DNA from: an uncultured Planctomycetia bacterium
Lineage (GTDB): Bacteria > Omnitrophota > Gorgyraeia > 2-02-FULL-51-18
Direction of reading: 5' to 3'
DNA: 64,000 nt
Assembly (NCBI GenBank): GCA_964642015.1
Contig: CAZXLF010000006.1
Location: 58,661-122,660 of the forward strand
The notes below the pieces were generated by a model. It was not told the origin of the DNA. It made no database searches and was given only the letters and a program-made list of their open reading frames with translations. Below, piece by piece: positions 59,705-64,000 of this stretch; position 1 is the stretch's first letter, and the number at the start of each line of letters is the position of its first letter. Both the position numbers and the translations under genes were made by a program.

Positions 59705-60013
59705 TTAACCCTTTTTTAATTGAACATCTTCTGCGCCTAGCGGAAGTGGGAAATATCCAGCATATCCCGGATAGCCGGGATAACCAGGATAACCAGGATA
59801 GCCGGGATAACCAGGATACCCTTTATATGGTCTATTATAAAAATAAAGTAATCTATTTTTATGGTAGATGCTGCCCAAATATTCTCCATCAGTTGTAACG
59901 ACATCTGATTCATCCCAAGGCAACCAACCTATCCATTCGCCATCAATGTCGTATACATATTTACCCCTACGGAAGGCTATCCAATTGCCTGATGAATCAA
60001 ATAAATACTGCAA
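59705..60013 (-). CDS. 4-fold beta-flower-like protein with (YPG)n tail
   Basis: Repeated YxxxGxWIG units (FDSSGNWIA, YDIDGEWIG, TTDGEYLG); GAGGG SD, TTG start. Confidence 0.65.
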   Translation of the reverse strand: MQYLFDSSGNWIAFRRGKYVYDIDGEWIGWLPWDESDVVTTDGEYLGSIYHKNRLLYFYNRPYKGYPGYPGYPGYPGYPGYPGYAGYFPLPLGAEDVQLKKG

Positions 60014-60095
60014 TATTTTACCCTCTAACGATTATCACTTTTGTCCAACTAAAGCAGCCAGTTTATATGAAAACCTTCAAAAAAATTATGCACAT

Positions 60096-60542
60096 TTATT
60101 TAAGCGGCTTTATTTTCTTAATAATTTTTATAATTTGGTTTTCAGATTTTAAGGAATGCTCCCAAAAGCGTTTAACCTCAAAACCTCGTTGCTTCAAAAT
60201 ACGGTTTATTCTTCTATCTCTCAATTGATTTCGTTCAATCTTTGTTTTCCAATATTTGCTTCTAGTTTTGGGAATATGCCCACAATCATGGCATCCATGC
60301 CAAAAGCATCCATCGACAAAAATAATAAGTTTTGTTTTTGGGAAAAACACATCAGGGCAACCAACCATACCTGCGGGATGCAAACGCCATCCTTTCAACC
60401 CATTCCGCATGAGCGCAGATCTGAGCTTTCTTTCCGTAGTCTTATTATTCTTTCCACGGATAGCTTGCATGGTTTTAGATCGAATGGTGCTTACTTTTAT
60501 AAACTTTCCATATCGTAGGGTTCGTTTAAGTATTTTTTCCAT
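60096..60542 (-). CDS. vsr: Very short patch repair endonuclease
   Basis: RSKTMQAIRGK..E, GCPD, FVDGCFWHGC, YWKTKI..N..RD, RFWEH. Confidence 0.92.
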   Translation of the reverse strand: MEKILKRTLRYGKFIKVSTIRSKTMQAIRGKNNKTTERKLRSALMRNGLKGWRLHPAGMVGCPDVFFPKTKLIIFVDGCFWHGCHDCGHIPKTRSKYWKTKIERNQLRDRRINRILKQRGFEVKRFWEHSLKSENQIIKIIKKIKPLK

Positions 60543-61838
60543 TTAAACACTTAAACTTAATTCAAGCTGCGCCTCAGCAGGTTCCTGAATTACCATTGTC
60601 TTGGAATCGAATTTGCCGCTTAACATGGCTATGAGGCAACGACCTACATAGTAAGCCAAATTAACAGGAACAGCATTTCCTATCTGCTTATATTGAGATC
60701 CCATAGATCCCTCAAATTTCCATTGGTCAGGAAAAGATTGAATTCGCGCAGACTCTCTTATAGTCAAAGGTCTTGTTTCTGTGGGGTGGCATCTTTCAGT
60801 CTGCCCCTGTGCGGGTGTACAAACCAGAGTCAAACTTGGCTCATCCCATGCCAGACGTCTCGCCATTCCTGTTTTACCACCTCCCAGGTAAAAGCTCCCT
60901 TGCATATATTCTTTTTGCAGCTCAATTGGTAAATCCCTCCAGTAACCTCCTTCGGGAACCTTTGACATAATATAAGCTTTTCTCTTCGGATACGTGGCAC
61001 CTTCTGATTTTGGACAACTCTTTAAAACATCTCGTAAAATAAGGCAATGGTCTCTCCCCTTAGGAAATATAAAAGGCATCTTCAAATCCTTTCTTATACC
61101 CAGTATGATCAGCCGTTCTCTCTTTTGAGCGACATCGAGATATTGAGCCTGAAGTAATTTCCACGTAACGTCGTATCCAAGCTCACTCAAACGTTCTATC
61201 ATGGCTTTTAGGGTTCTGCCATTATCGTGTTGAATCAACCCTTTAACATTTTCACCTAATGCTATCTTAGGTCTTATTTCTTCAACGCATCTAGCGAATT
61301 CAAAAAATAGGGTTCCTCTTGTATCAGTAAATCCTCGCCCAGCACCTGCATAACTAAATGCCTGACAGGGAAAGCCGCCCGCGACAACATCTACCTCATT
61401 GTAATAAGGCTTAAAATCGACGTTTTTTATATCGTCATGTATAACTGGCCATTTTGGCCTATTTTTTTTCAAAGTTGCAACGGCGTCCTTATCGAATTCA
61501 ACCAGCAATCGTGATTTGAATCCAGCATTTGAAAGACCTAAGGCTAGTCCACCTGCACCTGAGAATAGCTCGATAACCGAATATTTAGTGGATTTGGAAA
61601 CGTGGACGTGAAATCTATATTGCGATCTCTTGCTCTTTAGTCTTTTCTTTAAGTTCAAAATTTGCTGCACATCAAATAGCCTTCCATACAAACTCGACCG
61701 CTCTGATTTAATCAAACATTTCTTTTCCCAATACAAAATCTCTTTTGTAGACGTCTTTGTCTTTTCAGAAACTAATCCAAGCGGCAGTTTGTTTGAATTT
61801 ATATTATTAAGCATATTGTTTACCGATAAGTTCTCCAA
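60543..61838 (-). CDS. C5-cytosine DNA methyltransferase (M.Eco47II/M.Sau96I-like)
   Basis: ELFSGAGG, GGFPCQ, ENVKG, QKRER, TRD GGGKTGMARRL..QTERCHP, QIGNAVP. Confidence 0.93.
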   Translation of the reverse strand: MENLSVNNMLNNINSNKLPLGLVSEKTKTSTKEILYWEKKCLIKSERSSLYGRLFDVQQILNLKKRLKSKRSQYRFHVHVSKSTKYSVIELFSGAGGLALGLSNAGFKSRLLVEFDKDAVATLKKNRPKWPVIHDDIKNVDFKPYYNEVDVVAGGFPCQAFSYAGAGRGFTDTRGTLFFEFARCVEEIRPKIALGENVKGLIQHDNGRTLKAMIERLSELGYDVTWKLLQAQYLDVAQKRERLIILGIRKDLKMPFIFPKGRDHCLILRDVLKSCPKSEGATYPKRKAYIMSKVPEGGYWRDLPIELQKEYMQGSFYLGGGKTGMARRLAWDEPSLTLVCTPAQGQTERCHPTETRPLTIRESARIQSFPDQWKFEGSMGSQYKQIGNAVPVNLAYYVGRCLIAMLSGKFDSKTMVIQEPAEAQLELSLSV

Positions 61839-62527
61839 AAGATCTTTTCCAATTCTTTGGCATCTTTAAGATTATCAATTTTTATTTCACACTCTTTCTC
61901 TAATATTTTGGGGATAACGTTAAATACTTTGAGCAGCCCATCTTTATCTCCCGTAATTAACTCATAGAATTTAAAACCTGATATCTCCAATATATGGTCA
62001 TTTTCAGGTCGCCTTTTGTGTGTCGTTCTATCAGATGGCACAAAAGATTTAAGATGGTTTTTGTCCTTTGTTATCATCATCACATGATACGCCATAAAAC
62101 CTCTATGCTCATTCCGTGATAAAGCCTCTTCCAATTCATCGTAAATCTTGATTAAATGAATGCCAGTGACTGTATTATATTTATTTTTTATTTCTGCTAT
62201 TATTTTTTTACTCTTATTGCGTACATCAATAAGGTTCCCTTTCCCTAAATTCTCCCACCCATCTATTCCTCCAATCACATCTTGATGGAATTCACCTACA
62301 GCATTTTGCATGGTCTTTTGAGCTTGGCGAGTAGCTTCTAATTTAAGCCATTCGCCATATGAGACGCCACCAACTAGCGCCTCATACATGGCTGAAAAAG
62401 CATCGAGAATATTTTCATCAATATTTGTATGTAAAAGAGCGGCTTGAGTCTTTGAAACTACTGCTTTGACCGCAGCTACAAGCTTTTCATTAGAAATAAA
62501 CGGAACTAACCTCTTGTCTACCAACAT
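61820..62527 (-). CDS. Type II restriction endonuclease, Eco47II family
   Basis: RQAQKTMQNAVGEFHQ..D..IIAEIKNKYNT..ISG..FYELITG; adjacent to cognate MTase. Confidence 0.8.
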   Translation of the reverse strand: MLVDKRLVPFISNEKLVAAVKAVVSKTQAALLHTNIDENILDAFSAMYEALVGGVSYGEWLKLEATRQAQKTMQNAVGEFHQDVIGGIDGWENLGKGNLIDVRNKSKKIIAEIKNKYNTVTGIHLIKIYDELEEALSRNEHRGFMAYHVMMITKDKNHLKSFVPSDRTTHKRRPENDHILEISGFKFYELITGDKDGLLKVFNVIPKILEKECEIKIDNLKDAKELEKIFWRTYR

Positions 62528-62769
62528 TTAATAGTTACTCCTAGAAGGAACATGTTAGATTTATTAGATTTTAATAGTCTACTCCCCTCCCTTTTTGCTG
62601 TCACGAAAATCGTTTGCCCCGCACCCACCCCCGCGCTCACCCGCGCTCTCGGCGGTTTCGACAGAAAACGCCGTACTGCGTCAGCAGTTTTGCGTTAAAC
62701 CTACCCGCACTCAACGCAAAGAGAGCGCCATTCTTTTATATTTTATGTTTTTACTATTATTTCAAGGGA

Positions 62770-62965
62770 GCTGTGGGGTAGTCCAAGCGGCGAGTTCCGC
62801 AGGACGCGAGCATCCACAGGTATTTTCTAAGCGCGAGCGCCGAGGACCTGTCTGAGCCGTGGACTACCCCACAGCGACCGTACATTTACGGAGAAGTCAT
62901 GCAGCGTGATCTGAGAAACAGAGTGAGTCAAAGCTTTGAGCCGCGGACTAACCTACAGCGACCGT
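62770..62965. repeat. Structured element: 16-bp inverted repeat plus 29-bp direct repeat
   Basis: gctgtggggtagtcca (62770-62785) / tggactaccccacagc (62860-62875); direct repeats 62853-62881 and 62937-62965. Confidence 0.65.
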
Positions 62966-63046
62966 TAGTTAAACGTAAAAAATTCAGTAAAATCCATGAA
63001 CGAAAACAAGGGAGTTCGTCGTCTTGTATGGTTAAGGAGGACAGCT

Positions 63047-63586
63047 ATGCCTAAAAATATTGTCTCGGTTATTCAAGGCTCTACAATTTCATCACGGATC
63101 TATCTGATACGCGGGAAGCGCGTACTGCTTGATTCGGACCTAGCGGAACTCTACGGAGTACTAACGAAGAATTTAAATAAAGCTATTCATCGCAACGTGA
63201 GCCGTTTCCCTGAGGACTTTATGTTCCAGCTCACTTCTGGTGAGGCAGAATCTTTGAGGTTCCAAATTGGAACCTCAAAAAAGGGTCGTGGTGGACGCCG
63301 TTATTTACCCTATGCATTTACCCAAGAAGGCGTCGCTATGCTCTCAGGCGTCTTGAATAGCCCGCGGGCCATCCAAGCCAATATCCTTATCATGCGAGCT
63401 TTTATAAAACTCCGTGAGCTAGTAGCTACAAATGAACTCATCCGCCAAAAAATTGAAGAACTTGAGCGCAAATACGAAAAACACGACAATCAATTAAAGG
63501 CTGTTTTTGAGGCATTGAGAGACTTACTCGAACCGCCGGAGATCCCTAAGAAAAAACCCATCGGTTTTCATGTGAAATATGAATAG
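63047..63586 (+). CDS. ORF6N (KilA-N-like) DNA-binding domain protein
   Basis: IYLIRGKRVLLDSDLAELYGV..RFPEDFMFQL..PYAFTQEGVAMLS..PIGF; AAGGAGG SD. Confidence 0.9.
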   Translation: MPKNIVSVIQGSTISSRIYLIRGKRVLLDSDLAELYGVLTKNLNKAIHRNVSRFPEDFMFQLTSGEAESLRFQIGTSKKGRGGRRYLPYAFTQEGVAMLSGVLNSPRAIQANILIMRAFIKLRELVATNELIRQKIEELERKYEKHDNQLKAVFEALRDLLEPPEIPKKKPIGFHVKYE

Positions 63587-63888
63587 ACTTGATATCCCAA
63601 TTTGGGACATCAAGTTGAGCAGCATCCTATTTTGCAGACACAAGGCTCTCTCTCGCAGCGTATAGCTGACGCGCATATCAAAAGTCCGGCAAAAATATGA
63701 TCCTATTTTCACAAGTCGTCCACGCCAAGAGAACATTTGTGTATTTCAATCAAGCGGCAGTAGCGAGAGAGATGGCCTTGCGGGAGCGACATTATGACTA
63801 ACGCTTATACCCCATCATTTATAGAGAAACCATGCATCCGGAAATCCAAACCCAAATCGAGTCAAATCCCCACAGCAGCTGCGCTGCT

Positions 63889-63982
63889 GAGATTGCTACG
63901 CCACGCCTGCCACAAAGCTTGGCAGGCCACGCTCGCAATGACGTTTAAATGTTGATCCCCGATAAAAAATTTCGGGGATGAC
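63889..63982. repeat. Right halves of two REP-like elements
   Basis: gagattgctacg..gctcgcaatgac and gatccccga..tcggggatgaca. Confidence 0.55.
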
Positions 63983-64000
63983 AGAAATAGTTTGAACGAA

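Noticed and set aside
59650-59898. + strand ORF with DNQ/DSR repeats
   Set aside because: Antisense of the YPG repeat; synonymous variation supports the minus-strand frame
62595-62855. 86-aa ORF
   Set aside because: TTG start without SD, runs through hairpin repeats, no recognisable motif
62853-62965. Two 29-bp direct repeats as a possible mini-CRISPR
   Set aside because: Only two imperfect copies, a 55-nt spacer and no cas genes in the window

Overview
Bacterial chromosomal window with about 75 CDS, mostly on the minus strand. The gene content resembles PVC-group (Omnitrophota-like) bacteria, but this is inference only. 1-13.9 kb holds a partial 7TM sensor, leuC-leuD, a PilZ protein, envelope and stress genes, and csp. 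14-29 kb is the most unusual part: an ion/nitrogen-homeostasis cluster with FOUR PII domains, each with a different T-loop. One PII is fused in frame to the C-terminus of an APC-family permease. The cluster also contains amt-glnK behind an XRE regulator whose S24 domain looks catalytically dead, a minimal KdpD/KdpE-like pair, two KimA-like K+ importers (one behind a c-di-AMP/ydaO riboswitch), a ClC antiporter with a GAGIP filter variant, a Na+/H+-antiporter-like protein, and a shared 11-bp-spaced operator motif. 29-52 kb holds mixed housekeeping and accessory genes. 52-57 kb is an exact 2370-bp-period tandem duplication (HTH-Fic plus RelE/HigA toxin-antitoxin) whose junction is a chimeric REP-like palindrome. 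59-62.5 kb is an AT-rich defence island (Eco47II-like REase, C5 MTase, Vsr, YPG-repeat beta-flower protein, HEPN RxxxxH protein), followed by a structured repeat element and an ORF6N gene. All family calls come from motif recognition by eye; no database searches were run.
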